A stretch of DNA of 64,000 nt from Lama guanicoe (lineage: Eukaryota), in contig MU054323.1 of NCBI GenBank assembly GCA_013239625.1, positions 18,370,819-18,434,818 of the forward strand, given 5' to 3'. Position numbers and translations under genes: made by a program. Under the pieces are notes generated by a model. That model ran no database searches. It saw only the letters and a list, made by a program, of their open reading frames with translations, and was not told the DNA's origin. Below are positions 24,783 to 36,190 of this stretch, one piece after another; positions within the stretch are counted from its first letter, which is position 1, and each line of letters begins with the position of its first letter.

Positions 24783-25366
24783 GACTAAAACAAAGAGAAG
24801 TGGCTGGCTGGCAGTAAGGTAAATGTGGAAAAACCTCTTCGTTGTTGTGTGGCATGCTTCTTTTCAGAAGAGCAGGAAGAGGAGGCAGGCAGAGTGTGAG
24901 AAAAACAAGAATCCAAGAGTCTTCCTTCCAGGGAGGGTCAGCTGAGTCCCTGAGGGATGAACCTAGCAGACCCAGGTCAAATGGTAGTAAATCCTCGGAA
25001 ACAGAGCTCGGAAGTCGTGTGCACTGTCTCCTGACTCCTGTCATACTTTAACCCCTGTGCTTTGATAAGCTGTGCGAGGAGGTAGACTCCTAGGGGATCT
25101 TGTCATTCAGACATTCAGCCTCTGTTTGCTTTGTGCCTCCCAGGCAGGAGGGGACGCGTGTGAGTTCACCGAGAGGCTGAGCAACGGAGTCTGCCTGACG
25201 AAGGGTACCATTTAATAATTAAATACACACAAAGTAAGCCTCATGCGACTTACATCTCTGTCCTCTTTTAGAACTGTATCTAATCCAACTATGTAGCCAA
25301 ATGCAATTATTTCCTCTTCATTAGCTTTATTCACTCAACACACACTCAGGGCATTAGAGATAAATG

Positions 25367-25838
25367 TGTAAACCGAGCAGGACCCTGTGGGGCCTTCCCA
25401 GGGCAAACACCCCCCACCCCATATCCTCGGCTGTAGCTCCTTTCTGAAGTACTCAGATAATAGTATCTTGTGTATATTTCCTGAGTTTTTCAGATGCTAA
25501 AAACCACCACCAACAGGAAGAAATGAACTACTTGATGATCATGAGCACGTGGCCCCCAGGCCTTCGGGTGCCTAGGCATCAACAGTGTTGTTACTGCAAC
25601 ATCAACCAATCAGAGGACTGTGCAAAGCTGACCACGTACCCTGTGACCCCCACTCCCTTACTTGGTCTTTAAATATGCTTTGCTGAAACCCTCCTGGGAG
25701 TTCAGGGTTTTCTTGGGCATAAGCCATCCCATCCTCCGTGCGAGGCCCTGCAATAAACCTGTCTCCATTTCAAACTCTGACATTTTGGTTTGTTTGGCCT
25801 CATGGTGCATCAGGCACAGGAACTTGCCTTCGGTAGCA
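25367..25838 (+). mobile_element. Solo LTR, ERV1-like, 472 bp
   Basis: TG...CA ends with imperfect inverted termini tgtaaaccga / tcggtagca; CCAAT ~25606, TATA-like tttaaata ~25668, AATAAA 25752; 4-bp TSD aatg/agtg. Confidence 0.85.
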
Positions 25839-26185
25839 AGTGCAGTGTAGTTACAAGTAATCCGACTCTCAAAATGCTTCTAGAGCGTGGTTTAGAAAAA
25901 TGCTCATTGTAAGTTTTAGCAAAACAAAATTCGGTTTTACACCACTTATATGTGCAATATGATTACAGATCTGTATAATTCTTATGCAAATAATAAATTA
26001 GTGAATAATTAATGGCCAATAATAATGGATGTGAATAAAAACCATGCATTATTGTTTTTTCCTTCTTTTTTCCATCTCCAAATTTCCTATCATGTGCCTG
26101 TATGGCTTTATTCCTGCAAAGAGCATTTCGAATTTATTAATGTGAATCTCGTTTCGGTTGTTGTTGCACTTGGCAGTTTCTTCTT

Positions 26186-26841
26186 CTTCTTTTTTTTAAT
26201 TGAAGTGTATAGTCAGTTTACAATGTTGTGTCAATTTCTGGTGTACAGCCAACCTACGCATAATAGGGATCTCAGAAGGAGAAGAAAGAACATAGGGGAT
26301 TGAAAAGGTATTTGAAGACATCATGACTAAAAGCTTCTCAAACCTAAGGAAGGAAACAGCTATCCAAGTACAGGAAGCACAGAGGGTCCCAAACAAGAAC
26401 TCAAACAGACCTCCACTAAGACATATTATAATTAAGATGACCAAAGTTAAAGATAAAGAAATGATTCTAAAGGCAACAAGAGAAAAACAAAGAGTTAGTT
26501 ACAAGGGAACCCCCATAAAGCTTTCAGCTTTTTTCTCTACACAAACACTGTTGGCCAGAAGGGAGTAGCAAGATATATTCGAAGTCCTGAAAAAGAAAAA
26601 GCTGCAAGCTAGGATACTTTATCTGGCAAGACTATCCTTTAGAATAGAAGGAGAGATAAAGAATTCACAGACAAGCAAAAACTAAAAGAATTCAGCAACA
26701 CTAAACCTATCCTAAAAGAAATATTGAAAATTCTATTCCAAACAGAAAAGAAGTAGGAAGCCACAGAAATGAGAAAACCATAATTGGAAATGCAGAAACT
26801 ACAATGAGTTGCAAGCAAATAAACATAAAGATATAAAAAAA
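26186..26841 (-). mobile_element. Twin-primed LINE-1: short 3' tail on - strand plus inverted ORF1 C-terminal segment reading on +
   Basis: Poly-T plus L1 terminus 26186-26249; 26250-26841 encodes ORF1 (IQVQEAQRVPNK...RHIIIKMTKVKDKEMILKATREKQRVSYKGTPIKLSAFFS, ending LKEILKILFQTEKK* at ~26756); TSD ggcagttt(c/a)ttctt at 26172-26185 and 26842-26855. Confidence 0.92.
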
Positions 26842-27482
26842 GGCAGTTTATTCTTTTGTAGAGTTCTAAATGAGCATGGGTCAGCTCAGCTTGGCAAAAA
26901 CCAAGATATGAAATGGTTCTTTCTGCAGTTATAAGTTTGTTGGCAAGATTTTTTTAAAAAGACCATATCTTTTTTAACGTGCCTCTTCAAACCTGTCATC
27001 ATAGAAGTTGCTTCTTTTGAAGGAAGATAAAGCTTGCAAGCCAGCTCTTATTTAATTGGGAAGCTGCCACTTAATCAGAGGGCAAATGTTAGCATTGGTA
27101 ATTACACATTAGAAGACAAAAGTTACACATGAAAAGAAAAAATTCTTTCCAATTGCTAACTCATCAATAGATTAAAACTAGAAACAAGATTGAAGTCTTA
27201 AGTCATTTCTTTACATTGCAAAGGTCAAAAAGAACATCGCTCTGTAAGAAGGCAGTCCACAGTCCATGCTCAGAGTTGGCATGTTAAATTAATAGCATTT
27301 TATTTCTCTAGCAAACGTATCCTAACCTGACTTGCTTAACGTGCTTTTCGTCTTTGCAGGCTGTTGTAATGCTGTAACAAACAGCCTCTTCAGAAAGGTC
27401 ATCAGAAAACAAGAAGCTAAATGCAGCAAAGAGTTACTGTCTTGAAATCTCAAAACTATCATTTTCTTTATAGAAATGAGTT

Positions 27483-27543
27483 TAAAAAATTTTATTGAAG
27501 TATATAGTCAGTTACAATGTGTCACTTTCTGGTGTACAGCGTA
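27483..27543 (-). mobile_element. Very short LINE-1 3' tail
   Basis: tttattgaagtatatagtcagttacaatgtgtcactttctggtgtacagc; TSD agaaatg(a/g)gtt at 27472-27482 and 27544-27554. Confidence 0.85.
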
Positions 27544-27739
27544 AGAAATGGGTTAAAATTTATTTGCTCTTTTTTTTCAATTTCAAATTTCCCTCCAGAA
27601 CACTGTGAGTTTTAACCTACAAGACACATGCTTCAAGGTAAGGCCACCCTAAGGCGATGCAGTTGGTGGGAAGAGGGGGTACACTGATCAGATCCACCAA
27701 ATTCTTGGGAGACTATGAACTTCCGCCAGCATATTTGTT

Positions 27740-27935
27740 TCTGTTCATTTTCACAAGATTGACAGGCTCATTGTGTTAATATTGACATCTCCACTTGAGA
27801 GCTCATACTGTGCAATTATAATTTTGCATATGTTAATGATCAGACAATTATATCAGAGACTGAACATTTGGACTGATGTGCGAGGCACCATTTAATTATA
27901 AGAACAGGAGGTGATTGAGCCCTGTCATTGATTCT
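27740..27935. promoter_or_regulatory. Candidate conserved non-coding enhancer
   Basis: Repeat-free, dense TAAT/ATTA, TGACAG (27760) and CTGTCA (27922), POU-like tttgcatatgttaat (~27823); conservation not testable here. Confidence 0.4.
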
Positions 27936-28479
27936 TCTGTTCCTTCCATTTTGTCTCTTTTTTCCAACTTCTATTTCTTCCCAGATTTCCCTCCTTTTCT
28001 GCTTTTTTCCTCCTCTTTCCTTCCTTCCCTCTCCCTCGGTAAATGATAGGTCTTTTTTTTTTTTTTAATGCCATCTCTTTATGGCGGTACTTGAAATAAG
28101 AATTCTTTCCTCCTAGTGGTGGTTTACCATTTGCAAAGGTGAGAGAATTTGAACATGGCAAATAACGAATTCGAAATAAACTGAAATGGAACAGTGTCTC
28201 TTCTCTCCCCCACCTCCATGGTGGAAATGATGATATCCTCACCATCTGCACCCTTGCAGGCTGTGAGTGGGCAGAAAATCAGCTGGAGATGCAGCCCACA
28301 GCTGGGTTCCAGATCCGCAGCTTCTGGGAGGTCGTAGAAGCTCATGGTGCCTCCCAGCGATTGGACAGTCTCTTGCCATGCACATTCGAAGGGAAAATGT
28401 AAAAGATTTTTCCAAGCCATTTCGTACAGAGAGGATCCCCACTACAAAAGGAGGCTAACGTGGAGTAGGGGACTGTGTT

Positions 28480-28620
28480 CTGGACTGAGCCTCAGAGAAC
28501 CTTGGTCCTTGAGGCCCTCCTTTTGCAATTATGAAATATTGGGTCCGGTGCTTTGCCTCTCTGGAGTTTGGCTTTCTCATTTCTAAAGTGAGAGCTTTCA
28601 GCTTCAAAATTCCATGATTC
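28480..28620 (+). mobile_element. MIR3-like fragment
   Basis: tggactgagcctcagagaaccttggtccttgaggccc...ctctctggagtttggctttctcatttctaaagtgag...aaaattccatgattc. Confidence 0.5.
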
Positions 28621-28704
28621 TGTTGGAAAATATGTGTAGAAATAAGAGAAGAATGAAAGTAGGTTGAGGATGTCTCCTTTGCTTTGGTTGACAGACTACA
28701 TTAA

Positions 28705-28886
28705 GAGTAGAATACTGGGCAACAGAGGAGTGGGGGGCTGGATGGTACAAAGTACTGGGTGTAAGAGAGGATCAAGGATGTATTGTACAACACGGGGATA
28801 TAGCCAATATTTTGTAACAACTCTGAATGAAAAGTAACCTTTAAAAACTGTATAAAAATAATTAATAGAGATTTAAAAAGATAAAA
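28705..28886 (+). mobile_element. LINE-1 3' end fragment (different subfamily)
   Basis: gtacaaagtactgggtgtaagagaggatcaaggatgtattgtacaacacggggatatagccaatattttgtaacaact...aacctttaaaaactgtataaaa. Confidence 0.85.
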
Positions 28887-31214
28887 GCCTTCAACTAAGT
28901 GGAACAAAGAGTAGTCTATCCCTGCACTGCCAGAGTATGTCTGTGAGGCAAGAAAAGTAAGCAAGATGCCAAGCTCTTCCCATTAATTAGTTGAGGAAAG
29001 GTGATTACTCTGACCCTGGGAGACTTCCACTAAAGAGATGGAGGCAATGATTCCATTTGGTGCCCTCCGTGGCACCACTCTGTGTCCATGTGTGTATCAG
29101 AACTGAAATCAGGGCCGTGGTACAGTCGTTCCAGTTTGCAAACTGGAAAAGCAGGGCTGACTGGTCCTGGGAGCTGCTCCTCGTGCTATGCTCCGACTCT
29201 GAAATCCACCAGAAGCCACAGGTTGGGTAACCACATGACAGTACTTGTACGAAAAGCCACCCTGTGACCTTGTAAGAAATTTCTAAAACCATAAGAGACA
29301 CAATATTTTTATTTGATTCCTAAAATGAACATCCAACTATACTGGTTCCTCCTCCTAACGGAATGTCATAACAGCCTTTAAGGGCACTTCAGAATTCTAT
29401 GAAAGAAGACAACAGAGATAATAGAACAGAAAATCACCTTTGTGGGGGCGCTGTTTGGACTCTAATGGGGTTTCCTTAATACATTTTCAAACCAAGGTTC
29501 ACTGGCCAAAATATACTTTTGTGAATCTGAGATGTATATTAGTTATGATACAGCCCTGTTTATATGTATATATATATATGATAAAAGTGCCAAAATGAAT
29601 GTAAAGGACAACCCTCATTTTCAAATGCTCCAGAGTGGAGGTAATTCTGTCTATACCGTCTAAAGTGTTCTATTGGATATATTTAGTATGCTTGTTTCCT
29701 TTCTAATAAATTGTATGCTCCCTTTGGGGCACATTCTTGCTTTATCAATGGGCTTGGTGTTTTTTGTTTGTTTGTTTCGTTTTCAATATTATTCAGCACT
29801 TCCTGGTGCTGAGGCCAGGCAGTCAGGGCAAACAAAAAGGCTGCAGAGAACCAGGAAGGCCTGTCTGCACTTCTGAGCTGGGCTCTCCCCAGAACACACC
29901 CCCAGTCCACTGGGTGTATGAGGTCAGAGGCACTTTCTATATCCACGGGGTTGGGCATCCTGGCTCTAGCCCTCCAACCTGCCACCTGGCGTGGGATGGC
30001 TTGTCACACCACACTCTGTAGCTGCGGGGTAACACTGTTGGAGAGGTGGGGTGGGAAAGCTTCTGCATTTTAGACCAGCAGGTGAGTCCATCCCACATCC
30101 AGCCCCAGAATCTCTGCAGCTCCACCGGCCAAAATATGGAGTTGAGTCCATCAAGAAAATAAATTACATATATTTATTACATATTTAACAAACGATATAT
30201 GTGTGTGTGTATATATATATATCACATGTATGTATATATTCAAAATTCTCAGCCTGAATCTTAGAGTCCGCTATAATCTTTTTAGATCTGTTTTAGTCAA
30301 AAGCATGGGGAAAATTACTTGTAGATCTTGGCTCATTTTAAATGAACTCCTCCAGCGTACTTTGGAGGCTTCTTAACATACCAGCACACTTCCATATACT
30401 TCAGAAAACATTTTTAGATATACCACAGGGGACTGTCTTTTAGACAAGTTCTCAACATGCTGCACCTAAACACATGATGACATCTGACTCACTCTATCTC
30501 TGATACTCACTCGCTACCAGCTCTAGACAGAGAATTAGATCTGCCAAAATCAAAGGAACCTTAAGGAAAATAATGAAACTCCTGTAAAAAAAAGCAATGA
30601 CAATTGTGAAGACGAGCTCTTGAGTACCCTTTCTCTGACCTTCTTTTTTTTGACCCTCCTCACAGGCAGCCTAACTGTGGCAGGCACATCATTAGTGAGG
30701 TCTCAGAGAGAGGAAACTGATTGCAGAGAGAGCCGTTATTTCCAAGAGCATATCAGATCACGGGGAAGCATATTACGCTGACACTCCCCTCTGTGACAAT
30801 CTCGTCTTTCCTGGAGTTAATTAAAGCAATTAATTCCCTTCCCTTTCAAAGCAGAATGATTACATAAATAGATAATTTGCCCATCCAGACCCATAAGGTA
30901 AATGATTTCTCTGCACTGTCCTCTGTATGTCAAAGAACCTAACTGAACTAAATTATCCTTGTTCTTTCTATGACCTTTCGGAAATTCTCCAGCAACATTT
31001 TCTGCTTTGTTTCCCTGTCTGATTGGACAGCAAAATCACATCTCCACGTGGACCCAGGAATCTGAGGTTCACTAAGCCTTTCACACAGCAAAGATGGGTG
31101 ACACCTGTCACCTATCACCGCAGTGACTAGAGCCCAGAGGATGGGACGGCAGGAGGATCGCGGGTGCACACACTCTGATAGTCACCGCTGAGCTTTCTTC
31201 GACAACAATTTACC

Positions 31215-31465
31215 AGTGTGGGTGATGCTGACAATAATTAGGCAAACAGAAAGCCAAACAATTGTAAGAAAAGCTGTCAAACATTTTGTGTTATTATCCC
31301 CTGCACAGGCCTGTGATTTATCATCCCATAAAAAGCACATTAAAAAAAAATCTCAAAACAGTGACATTTTGTTCAAATTACAAGCCCCAGCTTCCCTGAC
31401 TGCCTGTAGACTGACATCTCTGATGTCAGAATTAATGCTTGGCAATTTGTTCACATCAGTTGAGC
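31215..31465. promoter_or_regulatory. Candidate HOX/PBX/MEIS-type enhancer
   Basis: CTGTCA 31274, TGATTTAT 31314, CCATAAAA 31326, several TGACA/TAATTA; motif-based only. Confidence 0.4.
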
Positions 31466-32004
31466 ATGTCTCTGGGGGTGGGTTCAAGTCACCGTTTGGA
31501 AGAGCTGATGTGCCTAAGCAGAAGCAAAGGACCTCTCAACATGTGGGAAGCCAACTGCCTTCAGACTTCAAAATGAGATAAAAGAACCAACATCTCTATT
31601 TCCTCCTTAGATTCTTAGGATCACACTGTTCCTAAAACTTGAAATACGGTCTTCTGCACCAAGGCACCTATCCATCATCTCTTCATCCCTCTTCACCCAA
31701 GACCCTGAAGTTGGTCACATTTTAAGGGCTTTAATATCTTCAGTAGAAAATCAGATTTCCTGATGATGTCCTTGATGGCTATAATTGAACCAGAAAGAAG
31801 AAGAAATGGAGACAGTTTTCATCCTTTTCTATTACAGTTTCTTTAGAGTTTGGCACAGTTCTATGGATAAATTCTCATCAATTGAGAGAAGTACGACAAG
31901 GAGACCTTCTTTTAGGTATACTGAGCCAATGACACAGACGTAAGGTGCTAGTATTATTATTTTATTTTCTAGAGGTCTACAGACAGTCTCTAAATTAGAT
32001 ATCT

Positions 32005-32770
32005 GGGTTGTGAAGTGTTGAAACAGACCCTAGAGGTCAGTTACTCTAAATTTTCAACTAATGAGGGGAATCCTGTCTATGATATTCCTGGCTGATGTTC
32101 TAAGCCAGAATGCTTCCAAGGATGGGGAAAGGGGGGTCCTTCCATGACAAATACCTGTATGCTAAAGAAGACCTAAGATTTGTGTCTCCAGTGTCTTCAA
32201 CAGTCCCTCCCACTCCTTTTTCAACGTTAAGATCCACTGAACAGGGAGAGCCCCTGCCCTTTAGATACTGCCTTGTTTGAATAGCCAGTTCTTTCTATCC
32301 TGTTGTAGGAATTCCTTCCCACTCCTTATTTCCCTTTTCTCAGTCTTTATACTCACAAGAGTACCTTTTCTTCTCGTGATCCTCTTTTATTAGAGTTTGA
32401 ACAGTCACTGAGTATCATCAGTATCTTCATTTTAGTTAGGTACATTTCAATTTGTAGAAACAGCCAATAGTCATTTGACTGACAATATGGCAAATCATGC
32501 AGGTTAGCACACAGAGTAAATGAGCTCTAATTTCCCCTTGACCATGTGTCTTCTTCTGTTAACCTTTCCACAAGGCATGTGATACCCCCATGCTGATTGC
32601 TGGCTGCCCAGGGACCCTCTTAAATAGAGTAATCCCAACTGGATGGCACTTTGGACTTTTTCCAGTCATATTTCCTACCAAAATGTACATATCTCATCTC
32701 TCATATCTAAGAAAGTTGACAGTGAATTCAATGGACTAATTTAAACTAGGGTGTTCACAGCTTCCATCTG
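32005..32770 (-). mobile_element. L3/CR1 LINE remnant (3' end at left)
   Basis: gttgaaacagaccctagaggtcagttactctaa...gaatcctgtctatgatattcctggctgatg...aatgcttccaaggatggggaa resembles the reverse L3 3' end; right boundary uncertain. Confidence 0.55.
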
Positions 32771-34559
32771 AACACTTGAATTGACTGCAACGCAACTAAC
32801 ATTTATACAACAGTGACTCATTTCCTTGGTCTGAGAAAGTGAACAGAGGTTTGATTCTCCTTCTCATTCCTCTTTACATACAAATGTAAATTATCCCCCA
32901 CAACCTGCTCATCTAACTCTGGAGGATAATTCTCAAGGGAAAACCACAAAGGAGGACCAGATACGAAATGTCAGAACTCATCCCATCTCAGCTACAGAAT
33001 GAACAACTCAAAGGTCTATAGCCTGTGGAAGGTAAATCTATGATGTCAGCTTTGAAGATAAAGAACATCTTCATGACCAACCTCATCAAATCAATTTTTA
33101 ACACTTCTGTCCCATGGGCTTCCATCCAAATCTGATTGACCGAGACTGATCAAGAACAAAAGCACTGACCATAACGACCAAAATCAATGAACTCCCTTTT
33201 TGAATCTTCTCTTGCCAAAGTTGATGATTGAATAAATCTAGGGACAGTTACATTTATATCAGTTATACCCACAGTCATTGGAAAGGTAATATGACTTCAC
33301 CCTTCCAATAAAGCAAATGTTGAATTAATAGCTTTGGGTTCCTTTTAACCCCAATTGTGACACAGTTTACTGAAATATTATCTTTCCTTTCTGAGCTAAG
33401 TTTTTTTTTTTTAATTTATATCTCCCACATGTAGCCACAATCTCTGAAACATAATGGCACATTTTACATATCTGGATCCTTTCAGGCAAGAAAGCTAGGC
33501 ATACAGTTTTCTCTCCCTCACAATCAGACCTGAGTGTGTGTGGCAAACAGTTCAGAAATCAAAGTTTTTTCAAGAACTTTTCACCTGTTTCCATACACAA
33601 AATCCCAAGTTGGGGGTTTGGGGGGATAGCTTAATGCAGCCACAGCTGGGAACACATATTTTTATAGAGATAGGAAGGAAGAAAGATGGAAGGATGCCTA
33701 TAAATTTTTCTTTACAATCTAAATATGTTGAGTATATAAAGATTACAAGAGAATCAGGTCAAAATGGCACTGGCTGTACTCTGGGAAATCTCGGCCACGA
33801 GGATCTTCTGCAGCAGAAAGGTGGGCTGCTCTACCACACTAACTGGAAGGCCAGTCTAGGGTGTGCTCGCTGGGTGTGTCAAGATCAATTACCCAGAAGT
33901 CCCTGTGGAGCTTCTCATCCTTAGGAAATGGGGAGCCCAGGCTATCAGTATTCTGCGCACATTAGCATCTTGTACTTGCAGAGGCAATCATTTTTCAGCT
34001 CCCTTCAGATTCTATTTATTGGTTATTTTCTCCCTTGGCTGAAAAGGTTTCTCCTTGGTACTAAGCAGGGGCACCAATCTAACAGAATGTATTAGAAACT
34101 GCTCTATTGGTATTTCACTGGGGTTCTACTGGGGTTGAAGTGCTCAAACAAAATGTGGTAAAAGTTTGAGGGCATTTGGGGTGACTTCAATGCCAAGGTC
34201 TTACTTGGTTGAGCTGTTTTCCTGCTCTCAGAGGTGTAGGCAATGCTAGTTTGAGGTGGGAGGTCTGGTAGACCCTGAGTATGAGGCAGCTTTTACATCA
34301 GCCATTCGAGGAAGATCCCATGCTGTTCTGGATGTCAAGATACTACGCCTTCATTTATGTGCAAGTGTGAATGAATTATTTAAAGAGGAAAATGTGGGAG
34401 TGAGCACTGCATAGAAATGCAGCTCAGTCTTTGCACTGGGATTTTCAATACGTATAAACATTTTCCTCTCATACCTTCCAGCCTAAGACAAAGAGAAAAT
34501 GATAATGGAGCAGATATAAAGGCAAGTTTTCGGATAGGTAAAAGAAGAGCATTCCTTTA

Positions 34560-34745
34560 TTGCTCTTATCAAAGCTAAAAATTTTGTCTTCTTTTGTGTA
34601 GTGTCTGTTTAGAGCTTGCTCCACAAATAGACTGCAAGCTCCTTGAACACAGGGAAGGTGGTGGCTGCACTGTTCATTACTATGTTGCCAATATCTACTC
34701 CAGTTCTTGGCACAAGGAACGAAAGTCCAAGTAAATACTTTGTCT
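34560..34745 (+). mobile_element. L2 3' fragment
   Basis: tagactgcaagctccttgaacacaggga...tgttcattactatg...ccagttcttggcacaagg...agtaaatactttg. Confidence 0.65.
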
Positions 34746-35009
34746 CCTTCAAACCAATGGTTCCGGTTCTTCTCCAAGTGAGAAGTTGGTATGGATTTTC
34801 TTGAGACTTGATAATGACCAAAGCCAGTGGTGGCATGAAGATTATCCGGTAAAGGTGGTGTCTGATCTATTGGGAATTCCAGCAATATCTGACTTGGCCA
34901 TCCCATGGGTAAAATTCTATTATGACTTAGTACATCTTGGTCTAACTGGTTTATAAACCATTTTAAGCTATAAAATGGGAAAACTGTCTTAGTTTAAAGA
35001 CAAAATAGA

Positions 35010-35120
35010 ATAGCATCCATTTGTTCATTCCAGAAATATTTTGTGAGCCCCTGCACTGGGCCAGAAACTGTTTTGGATTCATGGTGAATATGGTAGACAG
35101 TTTGCTTACAGAGCTTTCAC
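35010..35120 (-). mobile_element. L2 3' fragment
   Basis: catccatttgttcattccagaaatattttgtgagcccctgcactgggccagaaactgttttgga. Confidence 0.6.
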
Positions 35121-35529
35121 TGTAAGAATGCATACGTGATTGGAGCTGGTGGCATGGAGGCCACAACAGCAGTTCTAGGCCAAGCTGCTCTAAATAAATG
35201 ATGGGAAACCATGAGAGACCCACTAAAATTTTGTCCATATTTAGTTCTCCTGCCACCTCTCTCACCAACTAAGCTGGGAAGAGATGAATCAGGAAGCACA
35301 GAAGGATGTGGGGAAAGAGACATCCAGGGGTCAGTGTAGTAACATTGTTCTTAGCAAATGATCCCCCTGTAATTCCCAAAAGGGTAAGATATTTAAGCAC
35401 TGAAATGACCTAATGATATGACCCTGCCAACTCTAACGTGGTTCTATAATATAAATATCATTTCAAAGATAATCTAAAGTTCAAACAATCTATAGATCAG
35501 AGTTGAATCATCGTTTGGGGGGTGAACAA

Positions 35530-35710
35530 GCACAATTTAAGTCATAGCTCCACTATTTGCTGGTTGATTCATAAGAAAGTTCCTTAACCTTTCTAAGCAC
35601 CAGCTTCATCTGTGGAGTGGTGACATTACTGCCTGGGTTATAGGATTGTTGTGAATACAAAATAAAATGTTACAGTGCATTGGTAGCATGGTAAGTGACA
35701 TGTATAGCAG
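35530..35710 (+). mobile_element. MIR
   Basis: catagctccactatttgctgg...aagttccttaacctttctaagcaccagcttcatctgt...tataggattgttgtgaata. Confidence 0.65.
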
Positions 35711-35844
35711 CTGAATAAGAGTTCATGGTTATCATTCAACAGAAATGGAGCCCACATTTCATTAATAATTATTAATCACAACACTTAGAGGAGAGCAGTG
35801 CATGTAATTTACAGGTAAGAAAATGAAGACTTAAAGGGGGTAGA

Positions 35845-36190
35845 ACACGAATACTTCCACTGCTTCTGGGCACAAGGGAGGATTACATTTCACCTTCCCC
35901 ATGAAGTGAGACGTGGCCTGTGCTTTGCTTTGGAGAATGAAATGTGAGAGAAGCATGTGTCACTTTTGGGTGGAAACCATCTTCCCTTCCCCGTGCCACC
36001 AGACACAGTGATGTTCCAGAAGGAAGATGGTCCAGCATCTTGTGTGCTGAAGTGAGGACAATGTAGAGCAGAGCCCTCTGCTAGTGACAATGGACAGGCA
36101 GCATGAACCATAAAGAAACCTTTCTTGTTTTAAGCCCCTGCAACTTTAGGAGCTGTCTGTTATTGCAGCAAAACCTGGTTTATACTAACT
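35845..36190 (+). mobile_element. MaLR LTR (old MLT1, H/I/J-like)
   Basis: catgaagtgagacgtggcctgtgctttgctttggagaatgaaatgtgagagaagcatgtgtcactttt...aagaaacctttcttgttttaagccc...gttattgcagcaaaacctgg. Confidence 0.8.
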
